Shown here piece after piece: positions 41,902 through 56,162 of a stretch of 64,000 nt of DNA. A program made the position numbers and the translations under genes. This DNA comes from Chrysomallon squamiferum (taxonomy: Eukaryota > Animalia > Mollusca). Numbering within the stretch: the first letter of the stretch is position 1; the number at the start of each line of letters is the position of its first letter. The stretch covers positions 8,122,001 through 8,186,000 of the forward strand of contig CM022672.1 in the NCBI GenBank assembly GCA_012295275.1. The letters are read 5' to 3'. A model generated the notes under the pieces. It ran no database searches, was not told where the DNA came from, and saw only the letters and a program-made list of their open reading frames with translations.

Positions 41902-41985
41902 CCTTATAAAGACACTCAAATGTTAAATGGAAAAAGATTGGAACAGAGGAATATAGAGATATAGTGAAACAAAGAAACATATTAG

Positions 41986-41988
<3 letters not shown>

Positions 41989-42075
<87 letters not shown>
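41989..42075. repeat. (GA)n microsatellite
   Basis: Directly visible. Confidence 0.97.
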
Positions 42076-42078
<3 letters not shown>

Positions 42079-45000
42079 CCTGTTGTGGGCATAGCATTTG
42101 TGATAGAAATGGACAACGTCTATGTATGTATATGTGTGTGTTATTGTGTGTTGTGTGTGTCTTGTATTGGGTGTTGTGTGTCTGTTTGTGTTGTGTGTGT
42201 GTGTGTGTGTGTGTTTTTGTGGGCAGTGTGTGGTGTGTTCTGTGTGCGATGTTTGTATTCGTGCTGTTTTGTAGACATGTAATACAGAAAGAAGATTAGA
42301 CGCTATAAGACATTTATTGAATAAATACATTTAAAAAATGTAAATATGATATTGGAGAGTGAAAGAAATTTAGAGAATGGGCGAAGTTGAACAGAGACAA
42401 AATCAGAAGAGAAACTAATAATTTTCTAGTCAATAAAGAGAGATCACAGACTTGCATAATCAGTTCAAAATAACAAAGTATTGATTTTACTTTACTTATG
42501 GTTTAAGATAACCAGATTTCTATACATTGTGAAATAACTGTAGAGCTAGTTCGTGTCATAAAGACTACGACTGACAAAAATGTGGTTGTTGTAACAGTGG
42601 TCTCCATTGTAAAACTTTGATCATTTGTCAGAGCGCTCTAACGTGGTCACGTGAACAGACCCTGAAATCTGCAGTTATTATGTAGCAGGCAAGTACAAAT
42701 TTGCACTTGCATCAATACCACGGTTTTCTTATTTAATTAAATACGTTTTGAACATACGCCTATCTTTCTTTTTGTTGGTGTATCGTTATATAGATCTGCG
42801 TGCACCATTATCCTTATTAACACACACCATTAACATAATAGTTTTACTTCTGTTTACATAAACGCTAATGATGTGATGATGTGATGAAAAAAAAATTATC
42901 TCATACTGTATGTAATCATATTGTGAAACCGAGTTTAATGTATTATGTTAACTAATTTACTTGATCGTTAAAAAAAAAAAAAATTCTGCCACGTTTTGTT
43001 ATCAAACAAAACCGTCTTAATTCATAAAGGAAGATAATTATGTAAATAAAACAAATAACCTTGAACGAGTGTGACGGTAACGCTATTTTAAGTAGAACCA
43101 TAATCTAGAAACACAAATATTGGTAAACAGCGAAATCTAATGCATAGATTAAACTGTAAAAAGAGACAATAGTGTTATAGCTATAAATATACTTCAATTA
43201 CCTTATCAATCACAATTAAGGTGCAGATGAATTATGTTTGACAGGTGTGAATGTCATTTAGATGTCGAGTATCAAGGACAGTCATGGATATTGTCAGATT
43301 TTTGTGTCTGCTTTAAACTCACATGCTGACAGTTTATTTCATATTCAAACTCATTATCAAACATGTCTTTGTGGGCAGAGATTTGTTCACGTATTTGCTC
43401 TATAAAAGTGTATGTTCTGTCTAACATTATCTTTTCTTCTTTAACTCAGATCAGTATCTGAGTATAACATTTCTAATTCTCGATATATGTGTATGTATAC
43501 ATATGCAGATGTTTATATATACGTCTGTTTGTCTATGTATGTGTCTGTATGTGTATATGCATGTATATATCTATATATATCTATCTATCTCTTTGTCTGT
43601 TTATATATCTGTCTGTTTGGCCATGTATGTATGAAGTTATGCACGCATGTATGTATCTACGAATGTATATACGTATATATATGTATGTATGTATGCATGT
43701 AAGCATGCATGCATTTATGATGAATGTCTGTATGTATGAATGTATCTGTCTATCTTTTTCTGTATCTCTCGGTCTGTTTGTCTGTATATCTGTGTGTTTC
43801 TCTCTCTTGACCTCGTTGGGCGACACCGAGAGAAGAGTTGAGTTAAAATCGAAATCACAATGTCCAGCTATCGACGTCGTGGTCTGTATTTTTCAATTAG
43901 TCTGATTACAACGTCGGCGAGCTGTCAGTCGTAGACGTCGTGTGTCGTCTTACTGACACAAACAACGTCTTCGTGATCAATCACGTCACACAATCAATAT
44001 GGTCATTCAGTTTTGTACGACTCTTGAATCTCTATTTTATCATTGTTCTCACCGGTTCTTCAACTGGCAGCCACAATCAGTAACGACTTCATTTGTCAAA
44101 TTAATAAAACATTAATTAACATTACACATATGTTACACGACAACTGAATTTAACACCAGCAATACTGTCTTCCATTCCATACCACCCCTGACCTTTTGTT
44201 CTTGTAAGACGTCAGGTTCAAGGTCTGGTTGGAATCTTTTGTTTTGTTGATGCTGTGCACCATAATGAAGACATTTGCCATCAAACACTGCAAATGCGAC
44301 CTGTGAAATGTGATTTGCGCTGAATTATGAGCCAATAAGAGAAACGAGCAGGACGGAGAGCGGTGGTCAGAGGACGTGTCACGAGAGCTCCTCCAATAAT
44401 TATCCTCAAACCCCTTGATACGGCGTGACCGGAAGTTAGCACTAACCTCGTCGCCAAAGACGATAATGACGTTGTATGGGAATGATATATTTTCGTGGTC
44501 CCAACACAATTTGCGCCTCGGATGCAGCTAAATAGAGTAATTAATAGGCTCCGAGTCCTGGCTTTGAGCAGATAGGGTTTACACGGTCGTCATGAAGAAC
44601 TCGTAATACCCCAGACATGTCGTAAAATTATTGTTTAGTGCTTGACTCACTGTGCAGTTTTGGTCAGGCTTTTCATTCTCGTGAATAAAAGTCAATGGCT
44701 GTCAGGAAATGATGAGAGGACAAAATGTGAACGAGGAAGCATAAGAAAAATATGACAATGCTTTTTTATGATATGGATGAATTGTGCTGTGGAAGTGCAT
44801 TAACAAAGATTATGATGATGATGGTGATGAGCATGATGATCATGATGACGATGACAGTGATGATGATGATGATGATGATGATAATATACAAACATACATA
44901 CTCACAGACAAAACACACATCAATATATTACAAATAGATCGATATACACAGTTATTTTTACATACACACACCTACAAATACACATACCCAAACCCACCCA

Positions 45001-46130
45001 CACACCCACACATACACACGCACGCACACAAACACACACACAAACATACATTATATAAGTAAGTACTACATTTCTCTCTCTATCCCACACGCACGTCAAG
45101 AGAAATACACACTTCCGGAACCCCCCCCCTTCCCACGCTAACAATGACACAACAATTTTATAAATTACTTGGAAATTTTGCCGTTCACTGCAGAATTTTT
45201 GTCGATAATAAAGCTATTTAATTACTAATACTTTGAAATCGTCTTCCCATACTAAAGGGTCACCGTCAGTACAAATGTTTTAAAATGCTAAATAAAAATT
45301 AAACTGTTTATGACTACGAATGACGTAACACTATTAAAATACAATTCAGCATTAATCTCTATTAGCAGCGTGCATGGCAGTACTGTACGTTAATTACATA
45401 ATGGATAATATCCAGTTTCAAAGAACGATTTAGTTTTGCTGTGTATGAAAAATAGTGTTGTATTAAAAGAACGTACAATACACTTTTGATGTGAAATAAC
45501 ATCGAATTTATTACTTAACAGTTGACAGAAGACTGTGACCTGGCTGGTTAAAAAATAATAATAATAATAAAGAAACTAATAATAAAATAAATCCCAACTT
45601 AGTTCACGGCGTACATGTAAAGATTATTTTAAATGTGAAATGTGAATTCGTGCAGTAAACTAAAATTTTAGTTTTCGATTACATATGTTTTGTCATCCAA
45701 CAATGCCAAAATCATTAACAGCTAAAGCAGTAGTTACAGATTAATAGTGGTAGTAGTTACAATAATATTTGTTGTGGCAGTAGTTGTAGAAGCGGTAATA
45801 TTAGTAACAGTAGCAGCTGCTGTTGTTGTAATTTCAACAGATTGTTGTTGTTGATGTTTATGATGACACTGAATTACTTTTTTCTTACAAAGTCAACGTT
45901 ACCACAGTAACAAAATGAAACTGTAATAAAGTTGAACATTCTTCACGATATACAACAGTGAAACATTTCTTGTGTTGAAAACTAGTCGAACTGCTAGACG
46001 TAGTTCAGTCATTCTGACAAATATGTACTCCAATGATAATTTGACGGTACAAAATGGTTTCAGCTATTTTTGAAAGTGGTTAAATCCGAGCAGACGACTG
46101 TATATGGATCTTTTCGTGTGAATATAAAAT

Positions 46131-46193
46131 CAACCAATCACACAACTGAACTGCAGGTCAAGGTCATATGAATGAATGTATATCACTTCCTGT
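46131..46193 (+). promoter_or_regulatory. Composite motif: CCAAT box, DR0 AGGTCAAGGTCA and ETS site
   Basis: AACCAATCA 46132-46140; AGGTCAAGGTCA 46155-46166; CACTTCCTGT 46184-46193. Confidence 0.45.
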
Positions 46194-48199
46194 TCCATTG
46201 CCACTGTAACAAATCAAAGACGAATTAGACGTGATAACAAAACCATCAATCAAACATCATCTCGAAAATCGACTGACGAAAATGAAAGATGAAGATAATC
46301 AACATGGCATTAGTATTTCAGTGCAGTCTGGGATTAACTTGTGATTGCAACTCAAATGTCTCGTTTTAGAATCACTGATTTCCGTGGATTGTCCCCAGAC
46401 TCAGCTCCAGCCCAAAGAGTGGTTTATCATCAAATGTTCTTCCAGACACCTGTAGTCCCTTCCAGTGATTTGCAACTTGTCTATAGAAATAAAGAATAAA
46501 TGCATAATTTCCTGTTTATCATAATTATTTGTAAAACGTCTTGCCAAATATAGCTAAATTCCCTTTAAATACTTTCATTGTATGTAAATATCAGTTAAGG
46601 GTAATGTTAAGCAAACATTCATTATTATTTCTTTTTAAAAAGTAGTCATTTTTTTGTTGTTATTGTTTGATTCGGAGGTAAGGTTTAAATCTTAATGTTT
46701 ACGTATAGTGTAATCTGTGTGTTGTTTTACGTGAAGTATTACTGTTATATTTTCACTTAGATAAGTACAGGTGAGAAGACACGTTAACTGTGAAATAAAG
46801 AACCGTTCGTGTCCTTCACCAAGTTGTATTCTTTATGAGTGAAGTTGTTTCATAACTGAACTGACATTTATTCACCCTGCGACACAGCGACAACAAAAAC
46901 ACGTGACCACTTTAATAAACGAGACGGATTGATTGCCAGTGCTAAAAGTGACAAACTCGAACACGCAAAGGAACCGGTGATCAACGTGAGAGATTCTTAC
47001 GTAAAAGTACAGCGAGCACAAAGAAAGCATTCTGAAAGAGAAATGGGTTCATATCGATGTCAGCGATAAACCTGGACTGACTGTAAAAGACCCATTCACA
47101 TTTATATCTGTGTCAGAATTGGAAATGGAGTGACTATAAATGAAGAGAAATCATTCATGAAAGGGAATAGGTTTATATCTGAGTCCAAGTTCACAAATTA
47201 GCATTTACTCGGCGAAGCAAGTCGACGAGTCCAAAGAAAAACAGTCAATGTATCTGATATTAAAGCTGGGATTTTTGTGGTCGATACAGTTAAAGAGCTT
47301 TCGCTGAGCGGACATTGTCACTCAGATTAATCCTGTATTTCCATGTCCTACACGTACACTGTAACAATTTGCGGTTGTTTGTGATAACCGGATGAATCTT
47401 ATTTTCACATTAAGCCAGAGCTTGTTTGTTTAATGTTGAAATAAACTGAATCAGTGGGCTTAACCTAGGGAAGCAGGAAGAAAACTATTGTATATGTTTT
47501 TGTGTGCGTACGTGTGTGTTTGTATGGGTATCTGTGTTCAGTTTATGTGTTAATATGTGTATGGATGAAAATGTGTTTTGTACATTTTAAGGTGTGCATA
47601 TGTATATATCTTATGTGTGTGTGTTAATGTCAAAAATGAGTATATTTGCATGTTTTTCTATGTTTTAATATACAAAACAAATTTTCATCCACACACTTTA
47701 ACACAGACACACACATACACACACATGTGTGTTTTTTTTGTGTATGTTGAATTAATATATATAAATATATATTTGTAAGTTTTTGAATTTTATTGTTAAT
47801 GTGTATACATATACATCTTTTAGTGTGTAACTTTAAAATACCTGTCACTTTTTGTGAGTATGTCATAAGATCATTCGTTTACTGGACATATTCCTCATCT
47901 ATTTCGTGCAAATGGTATAAATTAGGTGAAAACTATTTGTGGATGATCAGTGATATTTACAATATCATCTTTGTCATCATCACAGTCATTATTATTGTCA
48001 TCTTTACTGTCACTCTTTGATACACCCAGGTATTGGCTACGAGTATCACGAAAGAAAACTTAGTAAGTAAAATTATAAAAGATGTATATCTGATATACGT
48101 AAACCAGTAAAACAATTCAACACTAATTTTGCTAAAGTTCTACGAAAGATGAACATTTTCAGTGTTCTCCGCTCTACCTTTGTGATCCAGAGAGCTGTA

Positions 48200-48725
48200 T
48201 CAGTTCACCAATTACAATGTTAACGTTAAAAACAGCTGTTACTCAGTTCGCTACTACAACGTTAACGTTACAAACAGATGAACTCAGTTCACAAGTACGA
48301 CATTAACGTTAAAAACAGCTGTTACTCAGTTCACTACTACAGCGTTAACGTTACAAATAGATGAACTCAGTTCGCAAGTACGACATTAACGTTAAAAACA
48401 GCTGTTACTCATTTCACTACTACAGCGTTACAAATAGATGAACTCAGTTAGCAAGTACGACATTAACGTTAAAAACAGCTGTTACTCATTTCACTACTAC
48501 AGCGTTACAAATAGATGAACTCAGTTCGCAAGTACGACATTAACGTTAAAAACAGCTGTTACTCATTTCACAACTACAACGTTAACGTTACAAACAGATG
48601 AACTCAATTCAAAAGTACGACATTAACGTCAAAAAACAGCTGTACTCAGCTCACATCGTTAACGTTACGGTCAGCTACAACATTTCACGAATACGACGTT
48701 ATCGTTACGTACAGTTGGTCAGATC
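48200..48725. repeat. Higher-order minisatellite: alternating ~42-bp A and ~41-bp B subunits (83/77-bp dimer), ~6 dimers
   Basis: CAGCTG anchor at 48233, 48316, 48399, 48476, 48553 and 48637; the B subunit has (C/T)AGATGAACTCA in the matching position. Confidence 0.95.
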
Positions 48726-51700
48726 ACGAGGACGACGACAGACGTTCCCATCGGTGTAATTTACAGTCGCATTTCACAAGAACGTTGCGTGAATAGCGCC
48801 CGGCGACGGCTAAATCCAATAGAAGATTTGTTAATGTCTTGTCGTTACAGCCAGTGTCTCCAATCAGTGTCGTGCACTCAGACTTGGACAGGGCAAGAAA
48901 TCGTTAATAAAATACATTATTCTTATCTACGACCTCTCTATTCTCTTTGTTAAACTTTTCATTTCCAATTATCTCCGACTTATCACGGAACAAGTCGAAT
49001 GAAATGTTGTAATTCAGTTTTCCTCTCTCCATTTGACCGCTAATCGTTTTAGCTCGGTCGCCCTCGGCATTTATCGTTACTCTTCGTATAACCTCGTATT
49101 ATAGAATGTTTCAATTTGACTGTCAAACTTACAGACTGAAGCTCATAGAATCAAAGCTTCTTTTTTTTTCTAATATATTAAGAGCATGTGTTTGAAACTA
49201 TTAATTCGTTATTTTTATACCGGCATGCAGAAGTATTTTTATATGACGTCTGCCTTTCTGAGTACGTATGTGTAAAGAATATTCATGGAATGATTTAATA
49301 CAACATTCATCTTTGTCATAATATTACAGAACAGTCCGGAGAACAGTCCGGAGAGAGGAGATAAAGAAGAAATCACAGATGTAATGACAAATTTCAGAAT
49401 GAACGAAATACAGAATCAGAATGTACAAGAAGAAGAAGAAGAAGAAGAAGAAAAAGAAGAAGAAGAAAAAGAAGAAGAAGAAGAAGAGATAATTACAATG
49501 TCTCAGAACTACAATAAAAAGAGATATTAATTCTATGATATGTACGTCATCACTGATTAATTACTCTGTGAACAAACATAATGCAAATGTAAAACAATCT
49601 GCTGAATAAACAGTTTACTTCGACTCCCCTTGGTTACATAAATACATTGAGTTAATGTTGTGTGTAGCTTTAAACAGATCAGACAACTGGTATTTATAGA
49701 CAGAAATACCACATTAACAGCAGTTTTCAATGTCACGCGACAGTTGACAGCAGACTCCCTTGACTACCTGAGATGACGTCATATTCCCTAGACTGTTTCG
49801 TCATAATGGACTGTGGAAACATGGAATCGCTCACTGAACACGGTTAATTGGTAAACAGTCTTCGGAAGTAAATAAATTAGAATCTGATGCTTATTATTAT
49901 TATTGTTGTTGTTGTTGTTGTTGTTGTTCATGTTGTTGTTGTTATTATTATGATTATTATTTTATGTGTATTATTATTTTTAAAATTATTTTTGTTATTA
50001 TTTATTTATTTATTTTATTATTTTATTATTATTATTTTTTTTATAAATATCTTCTTTTTTTTTTGCGTGTGTATGTGTGCTTTTTTGCTATATCAGTGTA
50101 CATGTATATATAATTTTGTAACTGACTATAAATATACACAAATTTATACTCACACACACACACACACACACACACAAAGATACACGAGAATGAAACAAAG
50201 AGGAAAAGAGAGACAGAGAGAAAGAAAGAGAAACAGAGATCATCCGAGAGAGAAACAGAAAGAGAACCAAAGAGAGAAACAGAAAGAGAACCAGAGAGAG
50301 ACAACACGTGACAATGATTATACTTATTACAAAAGATCTCGCTTCTGCCTCGTGTCTTCGTGTTTTACACTCAGCAAGTCTTCTCATCTTGTCTTACCAA
50401 ACACGAGTCGAGGCACGTGCAGGACGGATTCCGCCTGCAATCATTTCTCTGTCGAACGTTCCGCCAATATTTACCTTTCCTGATCCCCTCGTAGTTAGAA
50501 CAATTAAGACGATCGCCTCGGAGTGTGTTCTTCACATTTGGGGCGAGTCCGCCGGTTCTGAACTGCGGTAGATGAAAACCGCCCAGAGCAGAGTGTAAAC
50601 AGTTATTACTCTCTGCGAATTTCTCCATCATCTAATCTAACATTATGGATGAGAAATGTTTCTGGAAAGAGATTGAGTTCACAAGTCACAAATCAAATAG
50701 CGTTTGTGCGGTAGTAGCTGCTGGGGGCTGGCTACCCGACGACGGCGATGTTGTGAAGAGGTTTGTTGTTGTAGGCGGTGTATGATCAGTTTATTGTTTG
50801 TTTAAGTAATGTCATCATCATGGTGCTTGTGATGAGCAAACAATTTGTTAAAATTACGTGGAAAGTGGGTTTTTATTTTATTATGAGCGTTGTAGAAAAC
50901 ATTAATAAGACTCGTCATCGCTTTGGTTTTAATTCAGTTATCTTCATTTGTATCAGTTTATGTAAGAATTCTCTTATTTTCTTTGACAACATCAAATTCT
51001 CTGTTGCCGTCTTCTTCTCATTCTTCTGTATCTTCTCGTTTGTTTCTCTTTTTTTTTCTTTTCTTTTCGTTTTTTTTTTTTTTTTTTTTTTTTTGTTTTT
51101 TTAATTCTTTTTTTTTTTTTTATTTTTATCCTTTTCTTCTTTATTTTTTTTTTATCTCATCAACAGCATTAGTCAGCAAAATCATTACAAGATATGGCTT
51201 CTAGCTTTTATTTGATTCCATCAACATTCTGATTCCATTTTGTGATTTTAATAAACAGTTTACTCAATGGTCTATCTCCGTCTAGTTTTGTATATACACT
51301 GCAGTAAACGCACCGCGCTCACGTTAAAACCAACTGTACCCACGAGAACACACAATTTACATTATGTGTCTGTGTATTTGGCAGTCTGTTTATGTATCTG
51401 TCAGTGTGTGTGTGTGTGTGTGCATACTTCTGTCTTGTGATCTCGTGTTACTTTTTTATTACTCTATAATTGTCGTTTTATTTGTTATCTTACACTGATG
51501 TATTAATGTGCTGCGCTTTTATTATTATTATTATTATATCATATAAGAACTGAAGAATGAAATGAAATTTTGAAAATAATTACCCCACCACTGGTAGAAA
51601 GTCCCCCATGTGTGTTGACGTTGTAAATCAGTAAGATGTTTATTTCTTATGTTTTCAAATACGTGTTGTATTTTACACCTGCCGTGTGCTATTTTCAAAT

Positions 51701-51962
51701 ACAAAAAAACATACATGTATGTTTTTATTTATAGGACTATTATTCTGTGGTAAAGTGTTTATGCTTATAAAGGCAAAGTGCCACTGGGAAGGGACAAAGT
51801 CTATTTTAGTTCTGAATTTGATTGCACCTGCATGTTTATTTAATTTTTCTTCTTCTTCTTTTTTATTACTATTACTTTTTGTTATAATTATTTTCTATTT
51901 ATTTTATTTTATTATGTTCACCTTACTTTATTTTTATTTTTTTCCATATACACAAAGAAAGC

Positions 51963-52074
<112 letters not shown>

Positions 52075-52929
52075 AGGCTGTACATGTGAAGATTAGGACA
52101 AACAGAAAGACAGACAGTCGGATTAGGAATTTAATCATCACAGATGAAATGATATATACATACATACTCATTCAACGTAAACCCACATTAAAGCACGCCC
52201 ACATACAGAGAGACAAACATACTTAACACAAATACGCATATACCTAAACACGCACATATCCAATCACACACACCCACTCAAATACAATACGTACACTCTC
52301 ACTTAGAGAAAGGCAAACATGAATATAATTGATTACTTCTTTGTTGTTATTCATGAACGGCAATAACTGAGCACGTCGGATGTATAGATCTAACATTACC
52401 TACAAACAACGAGCGATCCTACCTGCGATGTGTTCACAATTCGCTTCAGAAACGTTAACGTACATGGTTGGACTTGACAACAAGGTCACTCCACAGGTCA
52501 CGTCACTTGTATACAATAATATTGTGCATTGTACACTGGTGCATTGTTATTTTAAACAATGAAACACACATGACAAAAAAATATATAAATAAATAAATAA
52601 AAGGGAAATGCTTTTAGATCAAATTTAAATTAACGAGGAAATATCGGTGCATGATTTTGATCAGTGGAACATAAATGAATGAATATGTTGTGATTTTAAC
52701 ACCTCGATGTTATTAGCATTTACTAGATAGCAAGCAAATGTTTTTACAACAATAGAGATAATATCTAAAAACCCACTGCTAGCCAGTTCTCCACTAACTA
52801 GTGTCACCAATAAGTAGCAACATAAATTTTCATAACTCAAATTGTTTTTGTATTGTCAATTGTTAAGTGCCTGACGCATGGCTTTTGTATAATAACAAAG
52901 TCTGGGATAGGAATCCCGATACACTCTAC

Positions 52930-52968
52930 ACTTAGCAGCAAGGAATATTTTAACTACTGCCCACACAA
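52930..52968 (-). mobile_element. Degraded relic of the same dispersed repeat as 30988-31020, opposite strand
   Basis: TTAGCAGCAAGGAATATTTTA; see the match described for 30988. Confidence 0.35.
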
Positions 52969-53527
52969 AACTAACTTGAACAAGAAACAACAAATAAATA
53001 GATGAACTCATATGTATACAAACATACGGACACATACAGAAAAAAGCCCAAGTCATAATTTCGCCTCCCGTATAAAATAAAATTTATCAAGTTATTATTT
53101 TTATTTTACTGCTAATTGTGACTTCATCTAAATAACCCAGTAAATGAATTTCTTTTTCGGTTGAATCCCTTCTCACGAAACGAACCTATCATCCCCACGG
53201 TATGAATCAGAAAATTTCTCAAGAAGAATAACAATTTAAAAGAGGTGTAATTACTCTAAGATGCTGATTAGACTGTGGTGCGATCTGTCAATGGGACAGA
53301 TGTACTCACTGACAACTGCAATGCGTCTTGTCGAACCGGACCTGAGAGACAGAACCAGGTGTTTGGATTACTCGTACGTCAACACACCCATTAAACAAAT
53401 AATTAGCTGTTGAGCTTAGAAAAGTCAAAATCAGCTAGATTTCGTTTAAATTAATTGTAAACTGCATCTGTATGCATTCGAAACATATAAACAGAACTGC
53501 AGTAATCTCAATTAAACATAATGTAGA

Positions 53528-53549
53528 TTATTATTATTATTATTATTAC

Positions 53550-53639
<90 letters not shown>
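53528..53639. repeat. (TTA)n-(TTG)n microsatellite
   Basis: Directly visible. Confidence 0.97.
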
Positions 53640-54045
53640 CTTTAACACTCTTTCCCTCGCTCCCTCCCCCACCCCTAGCGTTCTTTCTACGCAGCTCATG
53701 TGTTTCAGTGACTTTTCCTCACGCTGCGAATGAAAATGTACAACAGATTTGTTATTTTACTGCTTTCTGAAAGGATTTATTTCTATCAGGTATAACATAT
53801 ATATATATATATATATAAATTTGCTTTAATCACATGTATGTGGGAAGTGAGTGGTAATAACATGTTGATTTCATAGATGACAGGTGCGTACGTACAGGTG
53901 TGTTATTAGTGATAAGTGAGTGACAGGCAGGCGGATAAGTGATTGGTATATTTACGTGATACATCCACTGTGTGAAACCATTTCTAACTGATTTATGTAG
54001 TTTATATATTTACTGCCGGGTTTTTGGGGGGAAGAGGTTGTCTGC

Positions 54046-54048
<3 letters not shown>

Positions 54049-54131
<83 letters not shown>

Positions 54132-54509
54132 TTCTTTCTGTGAATCTATCTTTTTAAGCATTAACTTTGCCTCTTTATACATAAAGAGAGAGAGAGAGAC
54201 AGAGAGACAGAGAGAGAGAGACAGAGAGACAGAGACAGAGAGAGACAGACAGACAGACAGTGACAGAGAGAGAATAATTTTTGCTTCTTTCTTTCCTTGT
54301 TATATTTCTAATTCTCTCTCTCTCTCTCCCCTCTCTCTCTCTCTCTCTCTCTCTCTATTTCTTTCTGTGAATCTATCTTTTTAAGCATTAACTTTGCCTA
54401 TATAATGAGACAAAGAGAGAGAGAGAGAGACAGAGAGACAGAGAGACAGAGAGAGAGACAGACAGACAGACAGTAGATATTTTTGCTTCTTTCTTTCCTT
54501 GTTAAATTC

Positions 54510-54555
<46 letters not shown>

Positions 54556-54590
54556 GAAATATAATACATAAAGAAATCAGAAACAGAGAC

Positions 54591-54622
<32 letters not shown>

Positions 54623-54746
54623 TTAATTTTTGCCTCTTTTCCTTGTTATATTTCTAATTCTCTCTCTCTCTCCCCTCTCTCTCTCTCTCTCTCTCTATTT
54701 CTTTCTGTGAATCATCTTTTAAATTAACTTTGCCTCTTTAGAGAGA

Positions 54747-54784
<38 letters not shown>

Positions 54785-54856
54785 CAGAAAAGACAGACAG
54801 ACAGACAGACAGTGACAGAGAGAATAATTTTTGCTTCTTTATACATAAAGAGAGAT
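54049..54856. repeat. Complex repeat of alternating (CT)n and (GA/GACA)n tracts joined by reiterated unique spacers
   Basis: TATTTCTTTCTGTGAATC...TTAACTTTGCCT occurs three times (~54129, ~54356, ~54696); TTTTTGC(T)TCTTT occurs four times. Confidence 0.9.
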
Positions 54857-55834
54857 AAACTCATGTACACCTACATTTTAGATATATCTAATCTACTAAA
54901 AATCGGGAAATTTACTGAAAACGTATCCCCCACTGAAAATATTTCAATACACCGCGTCCTGTCCCTGTCAATTAACAATTCGCTATTAACCAGCAATCAC
55001 TGACAAACGTTCAGTACATTAAGAGAAGCGTAATAACAATAGATTTACAGTTACAGTAAAATCGGATGGTTCTATCCATAATTAATTTTCTTAGTAATAA
55101 AATTAATTCCATATTTTCATTCTAACAGATTAATACACCTCAATAGTGAATCTTTATTTTTTAAAAATCCTAGATCCTGGATTTGACCTGGAATCGTTCT
55201 GCTTCCAGACAGCTGTTGGTAGAATAGTTGCAGGTTAAAAATAAATAACGGTAACCACGTTACATGTCTAAAATAAATGGTGCCTTGGTATGTGTCTGAA
55301 TAAATATGCGTACCACCCATATTGTCTTCGTTCTACAAGCACACGCGCACACATACTCACACAGTAAAACTCACACATGACACTAAAACACTCATGCACA
55401 TATTCATACGCTCTCACTAGCATTAACACACTAACAGACTAAGAAAAGTTTAATGAAAAATGCTAAATACTTTGATAATGATTTTACGATGAAAGTAAAC
55501 CATTTCAGGTTTAAGACATCTGTCAATCTATCGGTTTTCATAATAAATTTTCTTTATTTTATTTTATTTTATTTTTTAACTGAATCTGGAGTCATTAGTA
55601 GACAAGGACAAATTATAAAACTGTGCCTTTATTTATTTATTTATTATTAACAAAGATTTACCTCCTTAAATCAATTCCACTGATTTTATTATTATTATTA
55701 TTTTTTTAATATCACAATTTAATTTTCACTTAGCCAGAGAGTCTTTAAAACTTTGCCAAATAACATGTCGTAGATTATCAAAATAAATTTTATTTATGAA
55801 ACAAATAACATCACAACTGTTTTCATTTTTTTGT

Positions 55835-56162
55835 CACACAATACATTACAACGTTTAACGTGTTTTGTTCATGACATATTACGTTACAACCTTTAACGTG
55901 TTTTCTTTATAACACAATACGTTACAACTTTAACGTGTTTTGTTTATGGCACAATACGTTACTCCTTTCAAGTATTTTGTTAATAACATAATATGTTGCA
56001 ACATTTAACGTGTTTTGTTCATGACATAATATATTACGACTTTAACGTGTTTTGTTCATAACATAATACGTTACAACTTTAACGTGTTTTGTTCATGACA
56101 CAATACGTTACAACATTAAATGTTTTTGTTCATGACGCAATACGTGTTTAACTTTGACGTGT
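55835..56162. repeat. Minisatellite, 37-38-bp unit (ACAATACGTTACAACTTTAACGTGTTTTGTTCATGAC), ~9 copies
   Basis: TAACGTG at 55856, 55894, 55931, 56006, 56043 and 56080. Confidence 0.95.

Noticed and set aside
44150-44509. 119-aa minus-strand ORF in a GC-richer island
   Set aside because: No domain similarity I can recognise; higher GC makes stop-free runs likely, and the island looks regulatory (CCAAT, ETS ACCGGAAGT).
48200-48725. CRISPR-like appearance of the minisatellites (also 1081-1344, 32425-32831, 55835-56162)
   Set aside because: There are no unique spacers, the whole unit repeats, no cas genes are present, and the context is eukaryotic.
52520-52550. GTGCATTGT repeats resembling the 5' end of miR-33; AATGGCACTG at ~12003 resembling miR-263
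   Set aside because: Only 9-10 nt match, the rest of the mature sequence is absent, and no hairpin is present.
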